From positions 7,998,001 to 8,062,000 of the forward strand of contig JAGIQG010000020.1 of assembly GCA_024679065.1 (NCBI GenBank): a stretch of 64,000 bases of DNA. Direction: 5' to 3'. The notes beneath the pieces are model-generated. The model did not search any database and was not told where the DNA came from. It saw only the letters and a program-made list of their open reading frames with translations. The translations under genes were made by a program, and so were the position numbers. The stretch's first letter is position 1. Every line of letters starts with the position of its first letter. The stretch comes from Sphyrna mokarran. Taxonomy: Eukaryota. Below, in pieces: positions 38,261 to 49,794 of this stretch.

Positions 38261-39024
38261 TATTCTTATCCTTCCATGCATACTAGCTGGCCTTATGAAT
38301 ATGTTGGAGAACATTGAACAGGGAGTTAACAATATTAGGTGGCGTTCTGAGTTTATACAAATTGTGCATTGCCCATTTTCTTCACCCAATCATTGACGGC
38401 GAGTCGTATAATCTCTAATCTTTAAATTTAGATCTCAAAATATCTACACTTCTTCCCCCTTTTCTCCTCCCTTAAAATATGCCGATTTGACCAAGTTTGT
38501 CTCGATAAAAGCCAGGAAGCTCGCCAAAATATTGCGAGAAACAAACTGTGACGTTTCGATCAGACATTTCATTTTATTTAAGCCTATGTTCACACGGTCA
38601 TTGCTTCACCATTTAGAGAATAGTGCAGGAAGCGGCCAAAGGATTTAGCCGTAATGAAGGCTGCTTGCGTGCTTAATGCGTGTTGACGTCAGAAGCGATT
38701 CCCGAGATATGGCCCCACGGGAGGTCCGCTGCCACCACAAGATCTCGCGAGACAGCTCATGGGGTACGGTTGATGGAAGCGAGCGCAAAGTTCAATACAG
38801 AACTGGCTGATTATTATGATAAAGAGTTTTAAGTTACAGTTATACGAGGTTGAAAAGACCCATGAATGCAACATGAGTTACAGATAGGAGCTGTTTTAGA
38901 GGAAATGCTTATACTTAATCAGTATTTTGGAATTGTCCTTAAGAAAGAGACAGACAATAACAGAGGCACAGATAGAAAAGTAGAGAGAGACGGCCAGACA
39001 GCAAATTGAGAGAGAGAGCAAATT

Positions 39025-39930
39025 GGAAAAGCAAACTGCGTGGAAGGTGTGGAAAGCCTGCAGAGGGATCTGGATAGGTTGAATGAGTGGGCGAGGACCT
39101 GGCAAATGGAGTATAATGTTAGCAAGTATGAGGTTATCCACTTTTGTAAGAATAATGGTAGGAAGGATCACTATTTAAATGGAGAAAAGCTGCAGCTTGC
39201 GACGGTGCAGAGGGACCTGGTGGTCCTTGTTCACGAATCGCAAAAACACAGTCTGCAGGCGCAGTAGGTGATTAAGAAGGCGAATGCAATGTTGGCATTT
39301 ATAGCTAGGGGGATAGGATATAAAAGTAGGGAGGTTCTGTTGCAGCTATATAGGGTGCTGGTGAGGCCGCAGCTGGAGTACTGTGTGCAGTTTTAGTCTC
39401 CGCATTCGAGGAAGGATATATTGGCCTTGTAGGGGGTACAGAGAAGGTTTACTAGGCTGATACCGGAGATGAGGGTGATGGATTATGAGGAAAGAGTGAA
39501 TAGGCTAGGCTTGTACTCATTGGAGTTTAGAAGGCTGAGAGGGGATCTTATAGAGACGTATAAGATAATGAAGGGGATGGATAGGGTAAAGGTTGAGAGA
39601 CTCTTCCCGCTTAGCAAAGATAGCAGGACTAGAGGGCACAGCCTCAAGATTAGGGGGGTCGGTTCAGATCGGAGTTGCGGAGGGGTTTCTTCACGCAAAG
39701 GTTGGTGAATCTTTGGAATTCTCTGCCTGATGAGGTGGTGGAGGCTTCCTCGCTAAATATGTTCAAGTCAAGAGTGGATAGGTTTTTGATTGACAAGGGA
39801 ATTAAGCGTTACGGGGAGAAAGCGGGAAAGTGGTACTGAACCACTACAGATCACCCATGATCTTATTGAATGGCGGGGCAGGCCCGGGGGTTGTATGGCC
39901 TACTCCTGCTTCTATTTCTTATGTTCTTAT
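39025..39930 (+). mobile_element. CR1 LINE 3' fragment, lightly mutated
   Basis: LQRDLDRLNEWARTWQMEYNVSK...YSLEFRRLRGDLIETYKIM with few stops; CR1 tail. Confidence 0.9.
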
Positions 39931-40847
39931 GAGAGGGACAGTGGCTGGCTGCGATAGCTTTCGAAGCAGCACTCAATGAGTTAAACACACTGCTCAGATT
40001 AGAAACCGCGTTGTTTTCGATATTAATGTAATTTATGAGGGTAAGCAGGAATCTCAAGTCCAATATAAAGAAAACAGTTTATAAATGGCAGAACTGATTA
40101 CGGTCCATCTTCTGAGAAGCGGCAGTAATTTCGATAAAATTTATCGGCGAATAGCGACTGTGCTAATACTTTTGTAATTGGAGTTCCTCCTTGCTTTCTC
40201 TGATAGCGTAGAAAAAAGCATTGGAAATGATTGAACTTTCTGCGTTCTGGATTAATTCCCCCTTTAACTTAATTTACAAATTATTTCTAATTACATCTTG
40301 GTAAATAGTAAAAATGCCATGATTAATGTATTGAGTTTTTTTAACGGTCAATCACAAAATGTATAAGTGTTGACACTTTTATTGTCACTGTATAAATTCT
40401 TTTTGCATGGAATTTGTAAAAGCTGATTCAATCCCCGCTGGAGTTAAGTCATACATATAAAATGCCAACTCACTGTTTATTTTTAAAAGTGACATTAAAT
40501 GCCCTATTATGTGAAAAACGCTCCTTGTCTGATTTCAATCGCGTTTATAATTTGTATTCGATTTTTATCTTCATGAGAGTCAAAGATTTTGAGGGATAAG
40601 CAGAAACATTGAGCCAAGGCCACAATCAGGCCAACCATAATCTTATTGAATGGTGGAGGAGGCTCGGGAATTAAATGGGCCACTCATGTTCCTTTTTTCC
40701 CTCATGTAAGTCAAATTGTATGTATAAGATGATTCAACAGTGCAACGCATTTACCATTTTATCAATGGCAATTATTGCTAAACTGGTTTGCTATCTCCAA
40801 AGAGTTCACTCACAAATAACACCACATCTAACAACTGAATATCATCA

Positions 40848-40853
40848 TTTATT
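40848..40853 (-). promoter_or_regulatory. Putative polyadenylation signal of cluster C
   Basis: AATAAA on the minus strand about 160 nt after the stop. Confidence 0.6.
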
Positions 40854-41015
40854 AAACATCTTTTTCTACAAGGATAAACGTTTCTGCCATAGTGTGCATA
40901 GATTTAAATCACGAACATAGGCCAAACGTATACAAATAGAAATGCATAGTGAATAACTAAACCCGTAGAAATACTATGAATGTTAGTTTTCACCAAATGA
41001 ACGCGATTGTCTCTA

Positions 41016-41344
41016 TCACTCGCAGCCTGATCTCCTGATGCTCTGCTGAAGCTGAGACCCGAGAGACTCATGTGTAACCCCGCACGTGTACACTTCGTGT
41101 GAGTTCCACTCGGAGGCGGTCAGGGTCAGGTAACTGCTCACACTGTACGTCTGGTCCGTGTCCCGTATGGTCCGACTCGTCTGAACACCTGTGTCCATTG
41201 TCTTGCCGTCTACGCTCCAGGAAACTTGCACAACACCCGGAAAGAAATTATTCACCAAACACACCAGGGTTGCCGTCTTTGCTGCGGAGATTTGATCGGG
41301 TGCCGGCGGGAGAAGAGACACCGAAGGACGGGACGATCCTCGAA
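41016..41344 (-). CDS. Ig light-chain constant exon of cluster C (divergent lambda-like)
   Basis: Acceptor gttctcattacAG (41345-41346); (I)RGSSRPSVSLLPPAPDQISAAKTATLVC...W...YTC...IRRSGCE*; C1-set residues and penultimate Cys; phase matches the VJ donor. Confidence 0.93.
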
Positions 41345-41484
41345 CTGTAATGAGAACGGTTGTGTTTATTGAATATGATACACATTTCACAGAGGGATGA
41401 TGAAACTTCTTGCTGAGCCCGTGAGTCAATAAGTTGTGGGTTGAACTCCCAACGCAAATACCTGAGCAAAGCATATATTCTAAT

Positions 41485-41800
41485 TTTCCAGTGCTGTACA
41501 GTGGGCGAGTTACAGTTTATAGCTGAAAGGATAGCATCTTCAAGGAATCATTCAAGGTAGTTTTAAAATACCCACTGACATTATTTTGGTGGAGAATCTT
41601 AATACCAGTATTTATCTTTCAACCAATATTAGTTAAATAGATAATCAGGATATTATTGCATAATAATTTGAGGGATCATTCTATGCCAAGATTGGCCGCC
41701 AAATTTCCAAATTGCAATAATGATTTCACTTGCAAAACGTTTAATCTGCTGAGAAGCAATTCTCAGAACCGAGAAGGCGCTAAGTGTGAGTTTTCTTTCA
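41485..41800 (+). mobile_element. DeuSINE-like relic in the J-C intron of cluster C
   Basis: ccagtatttatctttcaaccaatatt...agataatcaggatattattgcat...aagattggccgccaaatttcc...gaaggcgcta resembles the Deu domain and SINE 3' end. Confidence 0.55.
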
Positions 41801-41939
41801 TTTTATTCAGCAAATTGCAGCCAGGATAAATATATCTAATCACATATGCTATGATCTAATTGAATGACGGAGCAGGCTCCAAGGGCTATATTTGGCTCCT
41901 TCTGCTTCTAATTCCTATGTTCCTATGATGAACACTTCA

Positions 41940-42590
41940 TTTTTTTATTATTTCATGGGATGTCAGCAGTTCTGAAACGCATTCGTCGCCTATCCCGAAT
42001 TGCCTTTGAGGAAGTGGTGATGAATTACCTTCCAGACCAACCGCGTCCATCTGATATAAGTACACCCACAGTGCTTACACCAAGGAAGAAACCGTACATT
42101 TTTGACGCAGTGACAATGAAGGTTCCCGGTTAGGGTAGTGTGTGGCATGGAGGGAATTTGCAAGTGGTACATTTCCCATGTGTCTGACCCCCTTTGACCT
42201 CCTAAGTGGTAGACACTGCGGGTTTGGAAAGTATTGCCAAAGGAACCTTAGCGAGCAGGTGAACTGCATCTTGTTTATAGCCTGTAGTGCTTCATCGTGG
42301 TGGAAGGTGTAAATCTTTAAGGTGACGGATCCGGTGCCCACCAAATGACCTACTTTATCGTGAATGATGTCAGGCTTCTTGTTCTATACTCAACCAAGCA
42401 AGTGTATTCAGTCACACTGCAGATTTATGCCTTGTAGATGGTGGGCAGGATGCTGAGTTAGGGGTCATAGAATGTCAAGCTTTTGGGCAATTCTTGAAGC
42501 CAGGATGTCGATATGACTGACCTGGTCAACAGTAACCCCCGCGATGTTGATTGTGGGGTATTCAGCGATGGTATAGCGTTACAGTCAATG
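41940..42590 (-). mobile_element. Non-LTR retrotransposon relic (YKAQVR-type family)
   Basis: Aligns with 58952-60038; gccttgtagatgg motif. Confidence 0.65.
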
Positions 42591-42849
42591 TTACGTATTT
42601 CTACTAATCTTTACAAAATAAATATACGATTCAATTCCATACAGTTCGGTCTCAGAGGTAATCTTTCCACAAGGGAGTAAATTAAGACTGCCATCTTATT
42701 CTGTATAATAGTTATCTTCAAATATTAAAAACATCATGTTGCAAAAGAATTCAAGGATTATGCACATTGCAGTAAGAGTTTGCTACTTTGAATAATATTA
42801 AACTAACATGATTAAAACGAGAATTGTATGTTCTACGCTGTCTCTGCAC

Positions 42850-43130
42850 ACAGCTTTGCACTGCTACCACAAGCGGCAGAGACGCGAGTTCAATTCCGGC
42901 CTTGGGTGACTATGTCGAGTTTGCACATTCTCCCCGTGTCTGCGTGGATTTCCTCCGGGTACTCCGGTTTCCTCTCACAATCTAAAGGTGTGCTGGTTAG
43001 ATGCATTGGCCGTGATCAGTACTCGGGGTTACGGGGATAGGGCGGGGAGTGGGTCTGGGTTAGATACTCTTTCAGAGGATCAGTGCAGATTCTATGGGCT
43101 GAATTCTGCACTGTACAGGTTATATGGATA
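42850..43130 (+). mobile_element. V-SINE (HE1-like)
   Basis: B box gagttcaattcc and V-domain gagtttgcacattctccccgtgtctgcgtggatttcctccgggtactccggtttcctc. Confidence 0.8.
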
Positions 43131-44019
43131 CTGCACGGATTAAATCGCCCGTTCGGCATTCATTCCGAAAGTAATACACCTAAATGATATCCTGTTCCTT
43201 TAGTTTATCGTGCTAATACTTAGATCGAGACATGAAACTTTCGCTCGAAATCAAAATCACTTTTGAGGAAAAATACGTGGAAAACAAAACACAGATATTT
43301 CATATCGTATTCTGGATTTTAGCCTTATCTCTACTATGGGCGTTAATGCAGCCTTCCCACTTTGATTACTACACGTGTATCTGTATACTTAGGACACCAG
43401 AAAAGTTATCGCACTGAAAGTGGCTATTTAACTCACACTGTCTGGGTGGTCGAGAAGGAGTTAATAAATATACAAATAAATAATAAAGATATTAAAATAA
43501 ACAATTTAAAAGAACTAAATGTCCATTCTAATCCCACCTCCCAATACCCGATCCGTAGTCTTGCAAGTTAAAGCATTTAAGCGCGCTCAAATGATATATC
43601 TTTTTTTAATCGTAATATACCAGCAAGCTGTTACACATTAAAACTTAAATAGTCATAAAGAACGGCATTTGCCGACACGAGATCAACGTGAAAAGAAGCT
43701 CTGTGTAAATAAATCGCAAAGGCTCTTACATAGAAAATGTCATTACTCGTAGCGTACAGACGAAGCTTTCTTCGAGGAGGAAACAGATCTTTTTATAGAA
43801 AGTGAGTGTTTTGCACCCAGTGCTATTTCTGGGGCATTACAGGAACTCATGGTGATTATAATATTCAACATTCGAAATTAACATCCTTCGATTTTCTCAT
43901 GGCATTAGGAATTCAAAAAGCTACCCTACCGTGTTTTTTCCACTCTATCTATTGTTCTTTCTTTCTCTTTATTTTTAACTCTCTCTCTACCTTCCCATAC
44001 AGAGGTGCAGCAGGTAAAG

Positions 44020-44800
44020 AAGGCGAATGATACATTGTCCTTCACAGCCAGTACAGGAGCAGGGATATCCTGCTGCAATTATACAGGATCCAAGTGAGAC
44101 CACACCTGGAATATTGTGTGTAGTTTCGGTCTCCTTGTCTTGCTATAATAGGAGGGAGCGAAGGTTTACCAGATTGACTCTTGCAATGGCGGGACTGGCA
44201 TATATATGGAGAGATTGAGTCGAGTAGGTTTATATTCGCTGGAGTTTAGAAGAAAGAAGGGGTGGGGTGTCATAGAAACTTATAAAAGTCTAACAGGACT
44301 AGACAGATACATGCAGGAAGGATGTTCCTGATGGTTGGAGTGTTCAGAACCATGGGTCATAATCTAAGAGGGTAGACCGTTTAGGACAGAGATGAGGAGA
44401 AACTTGTTCACCCAGAGAGTGGTCAGCCTGTGGAAATCGCTACCATAGAAATCAATTGAGATGAAAGCATTGTGTGCTGTCAAGGAGTTAGATGTCTTGG
44501 TGTGAATGGGGATCAATATATATGGGGGAGGGGGGCGGTGGTAGGATCAGGCTATTGAGTTGGATGATCAGTCATCATTCCTGCCCAGTGAAGCAGTTGA
44601 GGCTACCTCTTTGAAGGTTTTTAAGGCAAGGATAGATAATATTTTGAACAGTAGAGCAATTAAGGGTTTTAGTGAGCGGGTGGATAAGTGGAGTCGAGTC
44701 CAAGAAAAGATCAGCATGATTTTATTGAATGGCGGGGCAGGGTAGAAGAGCCAGATGGCCTACTCCTGCTCCTATTTTCAATGTTTCTACGTTTCTACAT
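44020..44800 (+). mobile_element. CR1 3' fragments (two juxtaposed tails)
   Basis: CR1 RT C-terminus and 3' UTR motifs; tail ends gtttctacgtttctac. Confidence 0.7.
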
Positions 44801-45104
44801 TTCTGACTGTGTATTTGACTATTTTGCATAGTTGGCATAAGTGGGGCACTTTCACCTTATTTTTAATAACGATAGTTAAATTCTATGATTTACGTTGTTC
44901 GATATTTAGCTCGAAAATTTAAACATGGTGTTCCTTTATGATTCGAACATGTACTTGTTTCATATCCCTGGTAAGCCTTTATTTAAAGTTGATTACCATC
45001 TACAAAGCTAAATCTGCCTCATTAATGATCCAAATGAGACTGTATTTGATTAAAAGGAAAAACAATATCCAGTGTTCAGAGCGAATTCAGTAAAAGTTAC
45101 TTAC

Positions 45105-45455
45105 TCAGAACAGTCAATGTGGTGCCTCCGCCGAAGTAAAGCATGCTGTTCTTCCACCAACCACAATAATACACGGCGTCATCCTCTGATTGAACATTGG
45201 TGATGGTTAATTGAGCGGTGTTAGTGGACGATTGGGTCCTCCCAGAGAATCGATCAGGGACTCCGGTACCTTTGACATCACGGTTAAGATCATGATAGAG
45301 CAGGAATCGAGGACCGCTCCCGGGTTTCTGCTGATACCAGCCTATATCATTATTTCCCAAGTTTCCGCCAGACGCTGCGCAATTTAACTTAACCGTTCCT
45401 TGCGGCGCGATGGACATCGATTGCTGCTGAGTTAATGTAATCTGCGCGTCTGAAC
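45105..45455 (-). CDS. Germline-joined VJ exon of cluster C, intact
   Basis: Acceptor ctgtcctAG (45456-45457); (C)SDAQITLTQQQSMSIAPQGTVKLNC...WYQQKPG...VPDRFSG...EDDAVYYCGWWKNSMLYFGGGTTLTVL; donor GTAAGT after 45105; open frame; no RSS. Confidence 0.95.
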
Positions 45456-45567
45456 CTAGGACAGATGAAAGAATATTAGAACATGGACTTCATGTGACCA
45501 AGATCTTTATTATACTTTTCTGTACAACGAAACATTACTCCGAATAGAATATGCGTTGAATACTTAC

Positions 45568-45619
45568 AGACTGCGCAGATTATCAAAGTCGTAACGACAC
45601 ACACCCACCCGGACATCAT
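45568..45619 (-). CDS. Leader (signal peptide) exon of cluster C
   Basis: MMSGWVCVVTTLIICAV plus 1 nt (phase 1), donor GTAAGT, 112-nt intron. Confidence 0.9.
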
Positions 45620-45689
45620 GAATTCAGTGAAGCTCAGAAACCTCGGCAGGTCGCAGGCAGAAAGTATTAATGTTTACCAAACTCACCTT

Positions 45690-45773
45690 GCCTTATCAAT
45701 GTTAAGGGTGAGGGCGTGTTACCACGTGGTCTTTGACTATGCAAATACAGCTTGAAGTTACAAGCCCCCAATC
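45690..45773 (-). promoter_or_regulatory. IgL V promoter of cluster C
   Basis: Minus strand GATTGG (45768-45773), ATTTGCAT (45739-45746) about 120 nt before the ATG, E-box CACGTG, GGTAACACGCCC (45712-45723), GATAAG. Confidence 0.85.
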
Positions 45774-46517
45774 CGATATTGAAATTCGCAGTTCTTTACA
45801 TCACAGGTCTGTGACTAGGTGCAATCTCGCATAGGATTTATTAATAAGTACAGTCACATATTTATAACTGCATAAACAGCACATTGAAGCTGATATTCAC
45901 AATAATTTGATCTTTCATTTTACATGTAACCTTCGGGAAGAAAATTTAAATTTGCGCATCTCTTACTGTGCAATATACAACAGCAATGTTGATAAACTTA
46001 AACATCGATCCGTAGAAATTCAGCTACTGTACATTCCGACAAAATATAAGCTAAGATGTTAGCTTTACATTGAAGTGCATTGTATGATGAGCTAAAAGGT
46101 ATTAACGCATTGCGGTTATATCAGCTTTCCTTATTAAATGCATTTACAGGAGATTTTCTTCAATGAAAACTTGAATCCATAGCACACGCTGATAACTCTT
46201 CTCTCCGGTACAGACACCGAATACTTTAGGATGGATAACTAAACACTTTGACACAGATTTATTCTTGGGGTTTGTTTAATCTTGTGCAATTTGAAATTAC
46301 ACAGAAATAAAATGGGGGAATGGGTAGATACGTTTCAGTTATATTTACCACAAAGAAGTTGCATTGGTAAAGGAAAAATGAAGCAACACGATAGAAAGAA
46401 AATGCTACAATTTAAAAAGGAATCCCAGAACAAAAAGCTGGAATGTTCGTAGACAAGTTCTTGATGGTGCTGGAGAAAGTGGAGCAAACTGAGAAAGCTT
46501 TCATTACTTAAGCACAC

Positions 46518-46585
46518 GAGGCTGTGTGGTGCAATGGTAGAACCCCTACCGCGGGACCAGAAGCTTGGGTTCCAGTCCAAGACTA
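46518..46585 (+). mobile_element. tRNA-derived SINE head fragment
   Basis: A box TGGTGCAATGG and B box GGTTCCAGTCC at tRNA-like spacing; no complete cloverleaf. Confidence 0.45.
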
Positions 46586-47239
46586 AGCAGGGCCTGCGTT
46601 TAGAGCGCGGTTCAACCGTTCCATCACATTCTCTCTCTCTTTCCCCTTCCCTCCCACCACTATTCCCCACAAGGTAAACAAGTATGGGTGTGAACGTAAG
46701 CTTAAAAATATTGAAACAATCGAGTACAAAAATAAGAAAGTTAGACTAAATCTTTATAAAACATTGTTTAAATCGTTAAAAGTGTGGTCAAGCTTAAGGA
46801 TTTGAAAATATTAGTAAAGATACCGATGAAAATCGCTTCAGAAATAAAGACTTTCAGCTGAATGAAGAGATCAGAATCACTGTTATTCTTGGAGAAGAAA
46901 TCGTTCAGAGAAAATTCAATGCAGGTGTTAAAAATGAGGAAGACTTATAAAATAAATAGGGGTCAAATGTTGTAAAAGATGCAGACTAAATGTAATCCGC
47001 ATAGGCAATGATGTAGATTCTCGGGGTCAGATCAAGCCCAAGATTAGGTATCATTCTTTTCTTGACTGATTGGATCTTGTTTGTCTCTCTTGTGGGGATC
47101 ATGAATTGAATTGAATTTGAATTGGTTTTTGGATCAATCAAGGAGATGGATTAAGTGCTTGCCCTGCCCACTCTCCGCATTTGCTTTGTAACTTTAAGAA
47201 GGAAGGATTTTTTTTAAGAAGAAAATGTCACGTGACTGA

Positions 47240-47860
47240 GGTCGAAAGACGTACAGCAGAGGAAGACCTTTCGACCCATCGAGCCTGCTGCGCCATTCAA
47301 TGAGATCATGACTGATCCGATCTTCGGCTCCACCTTGCCCCATTATTCCCATAACGCTTGATTCCTTTACTAATTAAAACCTGCCTATCTCATCCTTGTA
47401 CATACTCGATAACTAGCCGCTAAAGCCCTTTGCAGTAAATAATTCCACAGGTTCGCTATCATTTGACAGAAGAAATCCCTCCTCATTTCTGTCTTACAGG
47501 GACAATGCCTTATTCTGCGATTATGCCCCCTGGGCCGAGACTTTCCTATATAGGGAAACCATCTCTCAGCATCCACTCTATCAAGACCCCCACAAAATCT
47601 TATGTGTATCAATAAGATCATCTCTCATTCCTCTAAAGTCCAATACTTATAGGCCCAACTTACTCAACCACTCCTCCTAAGAAGATCCCTACATATCCAG
47701 AATCAACCTAGTGAACATTTTCTGAGTGCCTTCAATATAACTTGCCTTAGGAAAGGGAAACAAACTTGTTCATAGTATTCCAGGCGTAATCTAACTAGTG
47801 TGTGTAGTTTTTGCAAGAATTCCTTATTGATATACTCCATTCCCTTTGAAATAAGGGTCC
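47240..47860 (-). mobile_element. CR1 3' fragment
   Basis: GLDRVDAERWFP...RGHN...KTEMRRDFFCQ...NLWN. Confidence 0.8.
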
Positions 47861-47869
47861 ATGATTTAA

Positions 47870-49420
47870 TTTGATTTGATTTATTACTGTAACATAAAAT
47901 GTTAAAGGGTTACAGTAAAAATTATTATTTCTTACGCGTTATACAGACAAAACACTCCATACATAGAGGAAGAAAGGAGATTGTGCAGAATGTGGTGTTA
48001 CAGTCATAGCTAGAGTGTGAAGAAATATCAACCTAATATGAGGTAGATCCATTCAAATGTCTGATGGCAGCAGGGAAGAAACTGTTCTTGAATCGGCTGG
48101 TATATGTCTTCAGATTTTTGCATTTTTCCCAATGGAATATGTTGAGAGAGATTCCATGTCTGGAGTCCTTAAGTTATGCTTTTCCGAGGCAACGGAGTGC
48201 CTATTAAAGGAGGCTAGTTTGAGTGATGGACTGGGCTTCGTTCATAACCCTTTGTAGTTCTGGTGGTCTTCGAGAAGGAGCCATACCAAGTTGTGATGCA
48301 ACCAGAAATAATGCTTTCAATGGAGCATCTGTAGAACCTAGTGAGAGTCATAGCTGACATGCCCTTAGTCGTTTGAGAAAGTAAAAGCGTTGGTGGGCTT
48401 TCAAAACTATAGCGTCAGCATGGGAGGACCAATTCAGACTGTTGGTGATCTGGACACCAAAAAACTGGAAGCTCTTGACCATTTCTACTTCATCCCCATT
48501 GATGCATACAAGAGCATGTTCTCCACCACGCTTCCTGAAGTCTATGGCCATCTCTTTCATTTTGTTGACATTGAGGGGGAGATTATTGTCATTGCACCAG
48601 TTCACCAGATTTTCCATCTCGTTCCTGGACTCTGTCTCATCATTGTTTAGGCTTCGACCCACTGTCGTCAGAAAACTTATAAATCGAGTTGGAGGTGAAT
48701 TTGGCCACACTGTTATAGGTGCATAAGGTGTGTAGTAGGAGGCTGAGGACACAGCCGTGTGGGGCATCATGTTGAGGATGATCGTGGAGGAGGTGCTGTT
48801 GTCTATCCTTACTGATGGCTGAGGTACTGATGGCTGGGGCCTGTGGGTTAGGAAGGTCAGGATTCAGTCACAGAGGGAAGTGCTAAGGCTCAGCCCATGG
48901 AGTTGGATGTGAGTTTCAGAGGAATAATGGTGTTGAAGGCTGAACTGTAGTCAATAAATAGGAGTCTGACACAACTGTATTCTTATCTAACTGTTTCAGG
49001 GGTGCATATAGGCCAGTGAGATGGTATTTGCCTTGGGCCTGCCGCGGTCGTAGGTGAACTGTAGTGGATCCAGAAAATCTGGGAGGTGGAATTCATTCAT
49101 GCCATGACTAACTTTTCAAAATACTTCATAATGATGAAAGTCAAAGCCAGCAGAAGATAAGGCACGCTGCTTGGCTTTTCTTTGGTATCAGAGGATGGCT
49201 GGCTTCTTGAAGCAGATAAGGACCTCAGGTTGTTTTAAAGAGAGGTTGGAGATGTTTGCAAATACCGATCTGCGCAGGATCTGAGTGTTCATCTTGGTAC
49301 CAGTTGCTCTCTGTGGATTGACCTTTGATATAGCTGCTCTGTCACGTGCAATGGTGACCTCAGACATAAGTTCGTCCAAGGCTTCTGGGTTGAAGGACAT
49401 GCTGTCACTGATCTTTTACT
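47870..49420 (-). mobile_element. Rex1/Babar-type non-LTR retrotransposon relic
   Basis: LVNWCNDNNLPLNVNKMKEMAIDFRK...FFGVQITNSLNWSSHADAIVLKAHQRFYFLKRL and DYSSAFNTI-like motifs, characteristic of Rex1/Babar RT. Confidence 0.75.
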
Positions 49421-49467
49421 CAAAACGGGCACAGAATAATCCATAAGCACCCAAACTGTAGATATAT

Positions 49468-49789
49468 GGGCAACACGACAGCGCATTGACTATAGCTGTG
49501 CTGTGCAGATACATGGATTTGGGCCTGTGTCAGTGGGAGTTTGCTCATTCTCCCCGTGCTTGCGTGGGTTTTCTCGGGGAGCTCCGGTTTCCTCCCACAT
49601 CCCAAAGATGTGCTCTTAGGCTAATTGGCAAAACAAATTCTCCCTAAATTGTCTCAAATTTGGTTTTTAATCCATAGATCTATAAACATGGACAGGGATC
49701 GCGTGTAGGAGTGGGAACATCGAGGTGGCGGCGTGGGCTCGTTGGGCCAAAGGGCCTGTTTCTCAATGCTGTTTTGTTCTTTGTTCTTT
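49468..49789 (+). mobile_element. V-SINE, short-head subfamily with CR1-derived tail
   Basis: Same family as 17028-17348; 49648-49789 matches the CR1 3' UTR at 57661-57802. Confidence 0.85.
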
Positions 49790-49794
49790 ATATA

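Noticed and set aside
46518-46590. Possible tRNA gene
   Set aside because: A and B boxes present but no acceptor stem or cloverleaf; treated as a SINE head.
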